64,000 nt of DNA from Azolla caroliniana (lineage: Eukaryota; Plantae; Polypodiophyta), in NCBI GenBank assembly GCA_043228905.1, contig JBHGNT010000002.1:11346001-11410000 (forward strand), given 5' to 3'. The notes beneath the pieces were generated by a model. The model ran no database searches. It was not told the origin of the DNA and saw only the letters and a program-made list of their open reading frames with translations. The number at the start of each line of letters is the position of its first letter. Position 1 is the stretch's first letter. The translations under genes and the position numbers were made by a program. This document shows positions 63,159 through 64,000 of the stretch, one piece after another.

Positions 63159-64000
63159 TGGGGAAGCCTCTGATTGCTCAGGAAAGGATTGGTCAGTGAC
63201 CGCCGAGTCGGAAGTTCCTTCGACTGGCTTAGGGCGTCGGGCAGGTGGCCGAGACCTCGTGGTGCGAGAGGGCGCCGTAACGGCAGCTGGTGGTTACCTT
63301 CAACGAAGTTCGCTGTGCACTCACAGCTATAACCGGGCATGCCAAATTGTGTTACCCGTTCCTTTGGGTGAACACCTTCGATAGATCTGCGGCTATCGGT
63401 ATTCAAGGGCGTGGTACGTGAAGGCTCGTAACAGAGGCGTCGTGAGGGAGAAAATGATCAGAGATAAAACACTAGTGAGATCTTGATAGGCATGGGCGGC
63501 GCTGAAATCATAGGTATGAGCCAAAGCACAAACACATGGAGCAAAATGGGCACAAATCAGATATATTACTGCGACAGAAAAAGGATTACAGAACACGGCC
63601 TACGGCTGGTGACCTTACAGGATTATCTAGTTACGATGGACTAAGCTAGTGCTTCCGCCTATATTTTTCTTCTCCCCCGCTCTGAGGTACTGGTCCTCGT
63701 TTAAATACTCTTTCCCCTAATACACAGCCGAGCCGTTGGTGGCCCGTGATACTCGAACTCGGCGTTTGCTAATTTCCTAATTTTACATTTCTGTCCTCTG
63801 GACAACAAACCAAGTCAACATTTTAAGACATGTCTGATGGACTAGAAGAGCATTCTGACGTCTCATCCTCATCATCAGTGGCAATCAATGCATTATCTTC
63901 GTCCAATTCCAAGCCAACATCTTTGTGGTTATGAGAATTGCTTCTGGTTAGTCTTTGTATATTGTTTGATACCATATTTGGGATTTTCTCCTTTATTATC

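Larger units (their letters stand above)
52285..63807 (-). mobile_element. Full-length Ty3/gypsy element H
   Basis: 458-bp LTRs at 52285-52742 and 63350-63807; perfect TSD AACCA (52280-52284, 63808-63812); gag-pol plus ORF2. Confidence 0.95.
52196..64000. mobile_element. Second copy of the TIR DNA transposon (left end), split by gypsy H; continues past the window
   Basis: 52196-52234 matches the TIR; 52235-52284 matches 21644-21693; 63808-64000 matches ~21689-21880. Confidence 0.9.

Overview
This is eukaryotic repeat DNA, most likely from a non-seed land plant (inferred from the Tcn1-like chromoviruses, Athila/Phygy/Selgy-like Ty3 elements and plant-type copia and LINE sequences). The whole window is a nest of decayed transposons with no host gene: three non-chromovirus Ty3/gypsy elements carrying an extra coiled-coil ORF, two Tcn1-like chromoviruses, four Ty1/copia elements or remnants, two deleted gypsy derivatives and a LINE fragment. 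The stand-out object is a 7.7-kb DNA transposon bounded by terminal inverted repeats (TIRs) at 21376-29076. It carries two divergent genes: a Sola-like DDD (DUF7869-type) transposase on the minus strand, and an intron-containing gene on the plus strand for a ParB/Srx-like domain fused to a prokaryotic-type beta-class amino (N6A/N4C) DNA methyltransferase. Removing the element restores the reading frame of the gypsy ORF it landed in. A second copy starts at about 52196 and runs off the window end. Separately, two of the gypsy elements have a tRNA-3'-end-like motif where the polypurine tract (PPT) should be. Nearly all coding regions are pseudogenised. Family assignments come from motif recognition by eye, not from database searches.
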